Position numbers and translations under genes: made by a program
In this document: positions 63,811 to 64,000 of the stretch, piece after piece
Numbering within the stretch: the first letter of the stretch is position 1
Layout: each line of letters starts with the position of its first letter
Source of the DNA: Camelus dromedarius
Lineage: Eukaryota
DNA: 64,000 bases
Direction of reading: 5' to 3'
Assembly (NCBI RefSeq): GCF_036321535.1
Contig: NC_087437.1
Location: 54,500,001 to 54,564,000 of the forward strand
Notes under the pieces: model-generated
Database searches by the model: none
The model's input: only the letters and a program-made list of their open reading frames with translations
What the model was told of the DNA's origin: nothing

Positions 63811-64000
63811 TTTATACCATGACTGGTTGTGAAGGAGTGTGAATGATGGTAAACGGTGGAGTAGGGTGATTAGAGGAAATTTTGATTCTGGCTAGATAAT
63901 GACCGAGGGCAGATTGGAATCTAAATCTCCTTTCTACCCAGAACACTTGACCTTTTATACGTCAACCTCCTTAACCCATTGTTCCTGTCAATAAATTGCC

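Overview
This is mammalian genomic DNA, most likely camelid (alpaca/camel), inferred from four copies of a tRNA-Ala(AGC)-derived SINE resembling the camelid vic-1 family. I found no recognisable protein-coding gene, true tRNA/rRNA gene, CRISPR array or prokaryote-type system. The ORF track is almost all chance or repeat-derived; the one informative ORF is a decayed LINE-1 ORF2 C-terminus at 63194-63388. The window is mostly old interspersed repeats (MIR, L2, L3/CR1, several L1 generations, ERVL/MaLR solo LTRs, hAT and Tigger DNA elements) with unique spacers. Most L1 fragments lie on the minus strand, consistent with the inside of a large intron of a plus-strand gene that I cannot name. The items most worth checking are: a compact NF-kB/GC-box/IRF/AP-1 motif cluster at ~56.6-56.9 kb; a 31.2-33 kb zone with two strong G-quadruplex motifs, a Z-DNA tract and a splice donor; three unvalidated small exon candidates; ancient repeats locally shifted toward GC; and nested insertions with visible target-site duplications. 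I see no evidence of a wholly new biological system. Repeat family names come from recalled consensus sequences, not a database search, and most boundaries are approximate.
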